From Candidatus Kerfeldbacteria bacterium (GTDB lineage: Bacteria > Patescibacteriota > Patescibacteriia > UBA9570 > XYC2-FULL-38-9), in assembly GCA_018500015.2 (NCBI GenBank), contig JAHBAR020000020.1:29981-93980 (forward strand): a stretch of DNA of 64,000 bases, in the 5' to 3' direction. A program made the translations under genes and the position numbers. The notes beneath the pieces are model-generated. The model was not told the origin of the DNA and ran no database searches. It saw nothing but the letters and a program-made list of their open reading frames with translations. The stretch's first letter is position 1. Every line of letters starts with the position of its first letter. Shown one piece after another: positions 19,944 through 28,400 of this stretch.

Positions 19944-21358
19944 AATGCGCGTCGTTTTTGAAAAAGAATAAAAGGAGTTTTGATAATAATAATCATATCT
20001 AGCATCAATGACCAGTGCTCAATGTAAAAAGTATCCAAACGCACCTCATCCTCAAAGTCCAAATCTGATCGTCCGGATACTTGCGCAAGGCCGGTGATTC
20101 CCGGTTTTACATTCAGCACGCGACGCGCTGCCCTAGAATACTGCGCAACCTCTTCCGGTAAATGCGGACGCGGACCTACGACGCTCATCTCTCCGCGCAG
20201 CACTAAGATAAACTCAAGAAGCTCATCAAGCGAATATCGACGTAAAAACGCACCAACACGTGTGATGCGAGGATCATCTACAATTTTTACAAGCGGCGAA
20301 CCGCTGCGTATATTTTTTTCCTGGAGTTCTTTAGAATAACGCAAAGAGTCGGTTTTTGGTTTCATCGTACGAAATTTAAAATACCAAAATGCTTTTCCAT
20401 ATTGCCCAACGCGCATAACGCGATCGTTGTTATCTTTACGCGAAAATACAATTGGCCATCCAGAATCGATAAGAATACAGAGGGCGATAATAAGGTAGAT
20501 TGGCAAAAGAATACTCAGAGCGCAGAGTGAAAACACAATATCAAAAAGACGCTTCGCAATTCTTCCCCAACCGTCCAGCGGGGTGCGCAACACCTCTACA
20601 ACCGGAACGCCGGCAATAGGCTGAATGCGCATATGTGAAGATTGTGTGTCAAACAACGCAGCAGCATACAAAAATGTCATGTGTTGTTCATCACAAAAGG
20701 CATAGACATCTTTCTGACGCTCTGGGTCACGCTCTGTTTGCGCGAGCATAATAGCGTCTACGGTGCGGGTCGGTTGCAATTGAGCAATATGCTGGCGCAC
20801 CTCCTCTGTCCAACTATCGGCCTGAAAAATAATCGTGTATCCTAAACGTTTCACATTTGCAATTTCATTTGAAATAAGTTGCGCGACATGGCCCTCACCA
20901 ATAAGGACAATATTTTTTACACCGATCCCACGTTGCATGAGCTTGCGTTGAACACCAAGAACAATCAGACGACCGAGTGTGACAAAAATCAACGAGCACA
21001 CATAGGTTGCCAAAATAATAAAGCGCGATGAAAATAGGTCGCGATTAAAGAAAAACAACACTATGATAATGAGCACACCTGTTGAGCAGGAAAAAAACAC
21101 ACGGCGCACTTCTTCAGTAATCTTTCGATTGGCGCGAATACCATATGCGCTTGAAAGAGCAAATATCAACAACCACAGGGCTGATGTCACGCAAGCAAAA
21201 CCAAAAAATTGCGAAAACGGAATGGTGTAAATTGCTGGCTGAATGTGCGTGACGGACTCTTGAAAACGCAGTGTGTAGGCAACGACGGCAGAAAGCACTA
21301 ACATCGCCCAATCAATGGGAACGAGGATTGCCGCAAAAAGTAACTCAGTGCGTTTCAT
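19940..21358 (-). CDS. Polyprenyl-phosphate glycosyl-1-phosphate transferase (WbaP-like priming enzyme)
   Basis: C-terminal bacterial sugar transferase motifs are present: VGPRPHLPEEV and KPGITGLAQVSGRSDL. An N-terminal multi-TM region precedes them. Start set at MKRTELLF (21358) because the upstream part of the tracked ORF is RNase P RNA. Confidence 0.8.
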   Translation of the reverse strand: MKRTELLFAAILVPIDWAMLVLSAVVAYTLRFQESVTHIQPAIYTIPFSQFFGFACVTSALWLLIFALSSAYGIRANRKITEEVRRVFFSCSTGVLIIIVLFFFNRDLFSSRFIILATYVCSLIFVTLGRLIVLGVQRKLMQRGIGVKNIVLIGEGHVAQLISNEIANVKRLGYTIIFQADSWTEEVRQHIAQLQPTRTVDAIMLAQTERDPERQKDVYAFCDEQHMTFLYAAALFDTQSSHMRIQPIAGVPVVEVLRTPLDGWGRIAKRLFDIVFSLCALSILLPIYLIIALCILIDSGWPIVFSRKDNNDRVMRVGQYGKAFWYFKFRTMKPKTDSLRYSKELQEKNIRSGSPLVKIVDDPRITRVGAFLRRYSLDELLEFILVLRGEMSVVGPRPHLPEEVAQYSRAARRVLNVKPGITGLAQVSGRSDLDFEDEVRLDTFYIEHWSLMLDMIIIIKTPFILFQKRRAL

Positions 21359-21362
21359 AAGC

Positions 21363-21812
21363 GCTCGTTTGCGTATACCAACATGATGTGTAAGCCGAAT
21401 TCTGTTAGCGCCACATCTCAGCAGCGCTATGATAATCATCTCTCTGTGACATGACGTTGCCGCCATGCTCAAGCCCATACTCAGGTTGCACTACACAGGG
21501 TTTACCACTGCTTCCATTCACATGGAGCACTCACGCATAGCTTCCACACTGCGTGACTTTTCACCTTTCTCCGTTTTGCAACGGATAGTATTGTCTCTGT
21601 GACACTTTCCCTCGCGTTTTCATCATCACAGCACGCCATGCAGACATATGTTCTTCATGGCGCACCATCCGATAATTGTGCGGGTTGCCGTTAGCAACTG
21701 TGTTTGTCGTTCTTGGAAAGCCAAGAATTCGAGTGTTCGGACTTTCCTCTGCCCTCTGTTTTTCAACATCATTGCAGCGATTATCCCATCAATTGTATAT
21801 ACGCAAACGAAC
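21363..21812 (-). ncRNA. rnpB: RNase P RNA (bacterial type A)
   Basis: The minus strand contains AGAGGAAAGTCCGAACAC (P4 5' strand) and ACAGAATTCGGCTTACA (P4 3' strand). It also has GGTAAACCC and GCTTGAGC blocks. A 13-bp P1 forms between TCGTTTGCGTATA (5') and TATACGCAAACGA (3'). Ends are good to about 5 nt. Confidence 0.88.
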
Positions 21813-21840
21813 GTGCTATTCAGTGATAGCAACGTCGCAT

Positions 21841-21869
21841 ATTATGCTTAAAAAAGCTCAATTTGTCAA
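21841..21869 (-). promoter_or_regulatory. Sigma70-type promoter upstream of rnpB
   Basis: Minus strand reads TTGACA, a 17-nt spacer, then CATAAT. It ends about 28 nt upstream of P1. Confidence 0.55.
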
Positions 21870-21890
21870 AAGTTCGTCCCATGACACTCT

Positions 21891-23771
21891 CTACTGAAGA
21901 ACGCCTTTCACTCTACGAACGCCCGCTGAGCACGCTTCTTCTTTTACAATCTTAAACGTACCTTTGATGTTTTCCGTGTTCGTCACATGTGGGCCACCAC
22001 AGAGCTCACGGGTATACACCGTTCCGTCTGGTGCTTTTGCGGAATACACATTCACTTTGTCAGGATATTTTTCCCAGAAGCTGCCTTCAACACCTTGAGC
22101 TTGCGCGTCGGCCTTGTCCATCACTTCAATGCTCACTGTACATTTTTTTGAAATCGCTTCATTCACATACTCTTCTACTTTGCGCACAATTTCAGGCTCA
22201 ACTTTTTTTGGATACGTAAAATCAAAACGCGTGCGCTCTTCGGTAATGTTTGATCCGGCTTGGTGCACATCGTTGCCCAAGTATTTTCGGAGCGCGGCGA
22301 GCATCAAGTGTGTGCACGTATGCAACATTGTTGTCTTCTCGCTATGGTCTGCAAGGCCTCCTTTAAACTTCCCTGCTGATGCTGTGCGTGACAGATCTTG
22401 ATGCTTCTCCATTTCTTTTGCAAATTCTACAGCATCGACAGAAAGATTTTTTTCTGCGGCGAGCTCTTGTGTGAGCTCGAGTGGGAAACCATACGTCGAA
22501 AACAATACAAAGGCATCGCGGCCGGAAATATTCTGGGTTGCAAGCTTCTCAAACTCTTTCATGCCTTTTTGGAGCGTCTCGCGGAATTTTTTTTCTTCTC
22601 GTGCAATTTCTTCAGTGATGCTTTCGCGTTTTTCTGAAAGGTTTGGGTAGGCCTCAGCGTAGGTAGTAATGATACTCTGTGCAAGATCGGCAAAGACACC
22701 TTGAGGGACACCAAGCATATCGGCATAACGCACAGCTCGACGCAGCAATCTGCGCACAACATACCCACGATCGGTGTTTGATGGAATGACACCGTCGCCA
22801 ATTAAAAATGTTGCAGCGCGCAAATGATCGCACACAATGCGATACGCTTTTGTCTGTTCAGAATGTTGTCCATATACAGTGTTCGTCAGCTGTTCGATTT
22901 TTTGACGCAGCCCGGTAAACAGATCAATGGTAAACACATCAGGATTATCATTCACTGCAGCAGCTAAACGCTCAAGCCCGCCACCAAAATCGACATTCGG
23001 TTTTGGAAGAAGCTCGAATCCTGACTCAGTTTTTCGATACGCCATGAACACATTGTTGCCGATTTCCACAAATCTGCCGCAATCGCAATTCACATGGCAT
23101 GGCTCAGCACTCCATTGAGAATTTTCATGAAGTTGTAGCTGCTCACCAAAATCCCAAAACATTTCTGTATCAGGGCCACCAGGTTCGCCAACAGGCATGT
23201 TGCTTGGCACGCCAGCGCGCGACCACCAATTTTTTTTGTCGCCGTAATAGAAAATACGAGCACCTTGCATGCCTTTTGTTTCTGCATCTTCTGCAATAGG
23301 AGCGTCAATACCTTTTGCCTTCAACTGCGCCTGCCAAAGTCCTGCCGCTTGTGTATCGCGAGGAATGCCCAAACTTTCGTTGCCAGAGTAACAGGTAAAA
23401 TACAAACGGCGTGGATCAAGTCCAAGTTCATCAGTCAAAAAAGAAAACATCCACTGAATTTGTTCCGCTTTAAAATAATCGCCGAATGACCAGTTACCAA
23501 GCATTTCAAAAAAAGTGGTATGGCGATTATCGCCGACTTCTTCGATGTCTTGTGCCCGAAATGATTTTTGGGAGTCAGCGATACGTGTACCGAGAGGATG
23601 CGCACTGCCGAGCAAATACTGAATCATCGGCTGCATGCCAGAGCCTGTGAAGAGTGTCGTCGGATCGTTTTCTGGAAACAGCAATGCAGACGGAACGACA
23701 ACATGGTTCTGCTTCTTAAAAAATTCGAGATACGCCGAACGAATAGAATGAGTAGTGTGCATACAAATCAA
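21891..23771 (-). CDS. alaS: Alanine--tRNA ligase, short form (about 623 aa, start probably MHTTHSIR at 23762)
   Basis: IRSAYLEFFKKQNHVVVPSALLFPENDPTTLFTGSGMQP. The editing-domain motifs HTCTHLMLAAL and CGGPHV are present. The protein ends shortly after them, so there is no C-Ala domain. Confidence 0.9.
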   Translation of the reverse strand: MICMHTTHSIRSAYLEFFKKQNHVVVPSALLFPENDPTTLFTGSGMQPMIQYLLGSAHPLGTRIADSQKSFRAQDIEEVGDNRHTTFFEMLGNWSFGDYFKAEQIQWMFSFLTDELGLDPRRLYFTCYSGNESLGIPRDTQAAGLWQAQLKAKGIDAPIAEDAETKGMQGARIFYYGDKKNWWSRAGVPSNMPVGEPGGPDTEMFWDFGEQLQLHENSQWSAEPCHVNCDCGRFVEIGNNVFMAYRKTESGFELLPKPNVDFGGGLERLAAAVNDNPDVFTIDLFTGLRQKIEQLTNTVYGQHSEQTKAYRIVCDHLRAATFLIGDGVIPSNTDRGYVVRRLLRRAVRYADMLGVPQGVFADLAQSIITTYAEAYPNLSEKRESITEEIAREEKKFRETLQKGMKEFEKLATQNISGRDAFVLFSTYGFPLELTQELAAEKNLSVDAVEFAKEMEKHQDLSRTASAGKFKGGLADHSEKTTMLHTCTHLMLAALRKYLGNDVHQAGSNITEERTRFDFTYPKKVEPEIVRKVEEYVNEAISKKCTVSIEVMDKADAQAQGVEGSFWEKYPDKVNVYSAKAPDGTVYTRELCGGPHVTNTENIKGTFKIVKEEACSAGVRRVKGVLQ

Positions 23772-23811
23772 AATAATATGGTGTAGAGAATACCAAAAAG
23801 CGGCTTATTTC

Positions 23812-24891
23812 TCAAGCGTTACCCGTGCTCACAATTTTTCCACTACCAATGAGCTGCTCACTACGGTACCATACAGCATACTGTCCTGGGGTCACGGCGC
23901 GTTGTGGATTCTGAAATGTAACCAGAATATTCCCCTCATCTTTTTTGAGAATTGCGCGCTGCGCTTTCTGGCGATAGCGCACTTGTACTTCATATTCTTG
24001 GGAAACATCTTCATCGTCAGTAAGCCAATATACATCTTTCACCACGCACGTCGTTGCATACATCAGCTCGTCCTCCGAATTATTACTCACAACCAACTCT
24101 TTTGTTGCTTCGCGTTTTTCCACAACGTAATATGGTCCTGTGCCACCAATTCCCAACCCTTCGCGTTGGCCGAGTGTATATTGAAATAATCCTGTATGCG
24201 TTCCTAATACTTTTCCATTTACATCAACAATATTTCCCGGCGCTTCTTGCATATACTGTTTCAAAAATACACGATAGTCGATATTACCAATAAAACAAAT
24301 ACCCGTAGAGTCTTTTTTTGCCGCGTTTTGAAAACCACGCTTCAGCGCAATTTCACGCACCTCGGGCTTTGTTAGTTCTCCAAGCGGAAAAAGCGTTTTG
24401 CGGAGTGATTCGCGTGGCATGCGTGCTAAAAAATATGTTTGATCTTTATTCAGATCTTTGGGTCGCAGCAATGTTGCGTTCTGAATGCGTGCGTAGTGAC
24501 CAGTCGCAATCATATCAGCCTCTTCGTCACGCAATGCTCGTTCTAAAAACACGTCGAACTTCATCTCCTGATTACACAGAATGTCAGGATTTGGTGTGAG
24601 CCCAAGCTCAATATCATGTAAAAATTCTTTGAACACACGATCATAATATTCTTTCTCGAGATGATAGATGTGAAATGGAATTCCTAACTTCTCACAGACG
24701 GAACGTGCATCTTCCGCATCTTTTTCCCAATTACAATCAGTCGCCATGCCTTTTCGATACAGAGGATCAGAAGTCATGTCATCCCAATTTTTCATGAATA
24801 CGCCAACAACATCGTGACCGTGTTCTACAAGTAACGATGCAGCAACCGAGGAGTCAACTCCCCCGCTCATGCCAACAACAATTCTGCTCAT
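23812..24891 (-). CDS. mnmA: tRNA 2-thiouridine(34) synthase
   Basis: VVGMSGGVDSSVAASLL PP-loop, plus DQTYFLARM and GICFIG. Confidence 0.9.
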   Translation of the reverse strand: MSRIVVGMSGGVDSSVAASLLVEHGHDVVGVFMKNWDDMTSDPLYRKGMATDCNWEKDAEDARSVCEKLGIPFHIYHLEKEYYDRVFKEFLHDIELGLTPNPDILCNQEMKFDVFLERALRDEEADMIATGHYARIQNATLLRPKDLNKDQTYFLARMPRESLRKTLFPLGELTKPEVREIALKRGFQNAAKKDSTGICFIGNIDYRVFLKQYMQEAPGNIVDVNGKVLGTHTGLFQYTLGQREGLGIGGTGPYYVVEKREATKELVVSNNSEDELMYATTCVVKDVYWLTDDEDVSQEYEVQVRYRQKAQRAILKKDEGNILVTFQNPQRAVTPGQYAVWYRSEQLIGSGKIVSTGNA

Positions 24892-24892
24892 C

Positions 24893-25810
24893 TTATTTTA
24901 CCAATGGACTATATCCACTCCTTACCTCTTCGCCATCCGAATACCCATCGCCATCCGTGTCAGAGTTATGTGCACTGGTGCCATAGGTACGCTCCTGTGC
25001 ATCAGTTAAACCATCGTTGTCGCTATCAATGGTAGAAGAAGTATTTGTGTTCAAAGTAACTGGGGCTGTCACGGTGATATACACCCACACACCAGCTCCG
25101 GCAACAATCGCGAGAGTAAGTAGCGCAACAATAACTATCAATATCTTTTGCCATGGTGAAAGACGCTCACGACCAAATAATTCCTCTTGCTCTACCTCGG
25201 AAAGAATAGATTGGTGAATAGTTTGCGTTGTCTGAGGCGGTACATGCACGGCGGAATCAATGGATGGTGGTAGTTGACTAAAAATTTGCGTCGCGGCTGT
25301 TTGAGGTTGCGCAGGTTGTGCAACGGATTGCGGTTGCTGCGGTGGTTGCTCTACAACAGACGCGGGCTGGCTTGGAAACACCGGCATGCCCGGCTGCTGC
25401 ATCGGCTGCGCTGGCACTTGTGGCGGCAAGGCAGGTGCACTGTAGGGTGTAAATGCCGGCGCTTGTTGTGTAACAGACTGTGGTAATGGAGAGCCTTGTT
25501 GAACATCAAATGCATTAGACTGCATTGCAATTGCAGGTTGCGGCTGAGAAGTGTGTTGAGCAAATAAATTTACAGGCTCACGAGGTGCGAGACGTTGAGG
25601 CTGTGCCGGTTGTACAGGCTGCGGAGGTTGCCAAGCAGGCACAGGTGCTTGTGGTAATGGTAATGGCTCCAAAGGTTTTTGAGTGGTCTCTGGCTGAGCA
25701 ATGCTCGGCGCATCATGCGGAAGAGACCATATATCTTGGGGCTGTTGAGCGGGCTGTGCAGGTTGTGGGTTTTGGTTTTGTTGCGACGATTGAGAGAGTG
25801 GCGAATCCAT
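24893..25810 (-). CDS. Pro/Gln-rich membrane-anchored protein with C-terminal thrombospondin-type-3-like Ca-binding repeats
   Basis: About 200 aa of PQ-rich low complexity comes first. One TM follows (ILIVIVALLTLAIVAGAGVWVYI), then DSDNDGLTDAQE...DTDGDGYSDGEE. Confidence 0.6.
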   Translation of the reverse strand: MDSPLSQSSQQNQNPQPAQPAQQPQDIWSLPHDAPSIAQPETTQKPLEPLPLPQAPVPAWQPPQPVQPAQPQRLAPREPVNLFAQHTSQPQPAIAMQSNAFDVQQGSPLPQSVTQQAPAFTPYSAPALPPQVPAQPMQQPGMPVFPSQPASVVEQPPQQPQSVAQPAQPQTAATQIFSQLPPSIDSAVHVPPQTTQTIHQSILSEVEQEELFGRERLSPWQKILIVIVALLTLAIVAGAGVWVYITVTAPVTLNTNTSSTIDSDNDGLTDAQERTYGTSAHNSDTDGDGYSDGEEVRSGYSPLVK

Positions 25811-25836
25811 ATATAATATAGTATATCACATTTTTC

Positions 25837-27639
25837 TTAAGTCGCGATGACCCAACGATTTCGACCTTCTGAACCGGAGCGAGATGTCTGGTATCCGGGA
25901 ACGTGCGCAGGATCTTCGGTACCGGGAAAACCTTTCCCATAATTGAGGGCACGCGCAACACTTGTCTTTGCCTTATCAAATGGCATCACCTGATACATGG
26001 TACGCTGAGCAGTACCGCTGCCTACAATCTCCGGAGTTGGTGCAAGCACAATGCCAGCGATAGTCGCTGTAAAGGCCTCTCTATCAAACTGAACAGAAAG
26101 CCCTTGATCGGCACACATACGCATCACTACTTTCATCACCTCTTCTTCCACAACAGAACGCAAACGCTCAAGAACGTATGGAAAGTTATGCTGTTGATTT
26201 AATTCAACAAGAACAACAAACTCTTCACCGCCAATACGAGCTGCAAATTCGTTGCGACGTAAGAATTTTTTAAAGACACGACCAAACGCACGAAGTACTA
26301 AATCACCGACACTATGGCCGTGTGTATCATTAATGCGCTTAAAAAAATCTATATCCATGAGAATGAGTCCGTATGTATGCCCTTGGCGTTGCATTTCTGA
26401 CCACACACGCTTTTTCTCAATCTCCAAAGCAAGGGTGTTTGGAAGAAGTGTGAGCGCATCAATATGGGCAAATTGATCGATGTAAAAGATAGACCTCTCA
26501 ATAGCTTGAAAAGTATTTTTTTCAAAAAGCTCAGCCGGGGCAACGCGTTGAGCAAGACGCAACAACACACTACGCATTCCTTCGCGCGGATCACCGTGCA
26601 CTAAGACTGCGCTTTGTCCCTGCCTCTCATCTTGTCGCCGTGTATATTCAGCATAGATGTGTGGATCGTCTTGAGGTATAGATGGCAGATGCTGAAGAAG
26701 GGCCTGTATCGATATGTCATCTATTACCGGCCCCTGCGCACGTGTATCTCTGCGCTGTTGAGAAGCGACCTGCGGATTCATCTCCATACCATCTACAAAC
26801 CGCTCAACCGCATTACGACCATTTCTCTTTACCGAGTATAGCGCTGCATCAGCCTGATCAAACCACAGGATAGGATTTTTTTGATCAGCACGGCTTGCAA
26901 AACCTATGCTCACAGTGACAGGAACATTTCGGAGCTGTGTTTTCTCAATACCCTCAGGCATGCGCGCTAAAACACGGTCTGCAAGATTTCTTTGCACAAG
27001 CTCACGGAAATTTTCCAAAAGAAGAGAGGCATGCTCTGCGTTTGTATTTCGGAGTATCAAAGCAAACTCCTCTCCGCCATAACGATACATATCATCTGTA
27101 GCGCGCCGAAACACATGCTTCATCAATTTTACAACCTCCTGTAAAGCAATATCTCCTGCGGGTAAACCTCCTCGTGTATTTACCCGTTTAAAAAAATCAA
27201 TATCAACGATAGCGATCACCGTACCTTTATCTTCTACACGTTCATGTTTTTCACGGTCTAGCTGTGTCCACACGCGAGCAAGATCGCGATCAAACATGTT
27301 ACGATTCAATGCTTGGGTTAATGGATCAACGCCTGCCAGCTTTTCCAATTGCCCAATATATATAATTACTTCCCGTATCTCACTTGGTTCAAAGTAGTCA
27401 GCATATTCAACAATCAGCTGACGCATCAAAATTCCGGGCACCAGAGAAACATCTCGAGTATCATGCAACTGTTCACGCAATTCTACACAACGTACACGAA
27501 GATTCTCTACAAGATTCGCCTTTGTGGGCAGCTTTCTGTCTTCGCTTCTAGCGCGTACGCTATATCTCTCAGCAAGTACGGGAGGTCGTCCAAATCGTAA
27601 TGGCCGTTCTTTTTTTCTTTGAAGAATAACATTATCCAT
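25837..27639 (-). CDS. Tandem GGDEF-domain protein (putative diguanylate cyclase)
   Basis: Two GGDEF domains: RATDDMYRYGGEEFALIL (RxxD I-site 5 aa upstream) and RRNEFAARIGGEEFVVLV (no RxxD). I recognise no REC, PAS or EAL domain. Confidence 0.8.
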   Translation of the reverse strand: MDNVILQRKKERPLRFGRPPVLAERYSVRARSEDRKLPTKANLVENLRVRCVELREQLHDTRDVSLVPGILMRQLIVEYADYFEPSEIREVIIYIGQLEKLAGVDPLTQALNRNMFDRDLARVWTQLDREKHERVEDKGTVIAIVDIDFFKRVNTRGGLPAGDIALQEVVKLMKHVFRRATDDMYRYGGEEFALILRNTNAEHASLLLENFRELVQRNLADRVLARMPEGIEKTQLRNVPVTVSIGFASRADQKNPILWFDQADAALYSVKRNGRNAVERFVDGMEMNPQVASQQRRDTRAQGPVIDDISIQALLQHLPSIPQDDPHIYAEYTRRQDERQGQSAVLVHGDPREGMRSVLLRLAQRVAPAELFEKNTFQAIERSIFYIDQFAHIDALTLLPNTLALEIEKKRVWSEMQRQGHTYGLILMDIDFFKRINDTHGHSVGDLVLRAFGRVFKKFLRRNEFAARIGGEEFVVLVELNQQHNFPYVLERLRSVVEEEVMKVVMRMCADQGLSVQFDREAFTATIAGIVLAPTPEIVGSGTAQRTMYQVMPFDKAKTSVARALNYGKGFPGTEDPAHVPGYQTSRSGSEGRNRWVIAT

Positions 27640-27640
27640 C

Positions 27641-28075
27641 TCAAAACTCTCTAGTATAAAAAAATTTCCTTGTCTGTATTACATCATGTTTGATGGCTTT
27701 TTTCAATTGACCAACGCTTGTGAACCGAACGTTTGGCCGGAGAAACTTCAATAAATGAACGATGATCCATTGATCGTAAATTGTCTTATCAAAATCCAAA
27801 ATATACACTTCTAACTTACGCTCACGCAGATTGAATGTTTTTGCCGCGCCAATAAAAGCGGCGCCGTGATATAGCTTGCCGTCTACACGAACCAGAGCAA
27901 CATATATGCCTTCACGAATCGAGCGATTATGGAGTCGAACATTGGCTGTGGGATAACCAAGAAGACGTCCGCGTTGAAAACCCTTGCGGACAATACCACG
28001 AATCCGCGCTATTTCTTTACGCCCTTTTTTGAGGGTTGCACGCTTGCCTGTATGCCGCGTTGTATAGTTTTCCAT
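27641..28075 (-). CDS. Stand-alone riboflavin kinase (RibF C-terminal-domain type)
   Basis: GIVRKGFQRGRLLGYPTANV...EVYILDFDKTIYDQWIIVHLLKFLRPNVRFTSVGQLKKAIKHDV. The start is uncertain because the ORF overlaps the upstream gene by 67 nt. Confidence 0.7.
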   Translation of the reverse strand: MENYTTRHTGKRATLKKGRKEIARIRGIVRKGFQRGRLLGYPTANVRLHNRSIREGIYVALVRVDGKLYHGAAFIGAAKTFNLRERKLEVYILDFDKTIYDQWIIVHLLKFLRPNVRFTSVGQLKKAIKHDVIQTRKFFYTREF

Positions 28076-28368
28076 TCTTTTTTGAGCGCAGCATTCATAG
28101 TGCGTGCTGTTTCTTCGGTCAGTTGACGATGCTGTTGATACTCTTCCATGACTTCATCAACCAAACGATTGTATGATGCTGCTGTTATATGTTTCATCTT
28201 TGCCGCTTTTTGTGAAACCATAGACAACAGAGCAACGCCGTGTTCAACAGAATCTTTCCAGATCTTTTTTCCTTTTGGGGTTTTGGTAAAAAAAGTAATA
28301 ATGCCTGCAGCTGCGGTGCCTAACACTGTCGCACCGACTAAAAATTTTGAAGCTGTGTGTTTTGCCAT
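28009..28368 (-). CDS. YtxH-like small membrane-anchored helical protein
   Basis: N-terminal TM FLVGATVLGTAAAGIITFF, followed by a charged helical region. Confidence 0.4.
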   Translation of the reverse strand: MAKHTASKFLVGATVLGTAAAGIITFFTKTPKGKKIWKDSVEHGVALLSMVSQKAAKMKHITAASYNRLVDEVMEEYQQHRQLTEETARTMNAALKKEWKTIQRGIQASVQPSKKGVKK

Positions 28369-28400
28369 ATGCGTTTGAGAATTAATTTGGATACATTCTA

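Noticed and set aside
21359-21478. N-terminal 40-aa extension of the WbaP-like ORF (tracked start 21478)
   Set aside because: This stretch contains the conserved 3' half of RNase P RNA (ACAGAATTCGGCTTA and the P1 3' strand). The internal ATG at 21358 gives a normal N-terminus.
23755-24189. 144-aa plus-strand ORF
   Set aside because: It is antisense to mnmA and has no recognisable motif.
24893-25810. Repetitive CAG/CCG/CAA-rich DNA, considered as a tandem repeat or CRISPR-like array
   Set aside because: There are no regularly spaced identical repeats. The pattern is explained by a Pro/Gln-rich coding region in one continuous frame.
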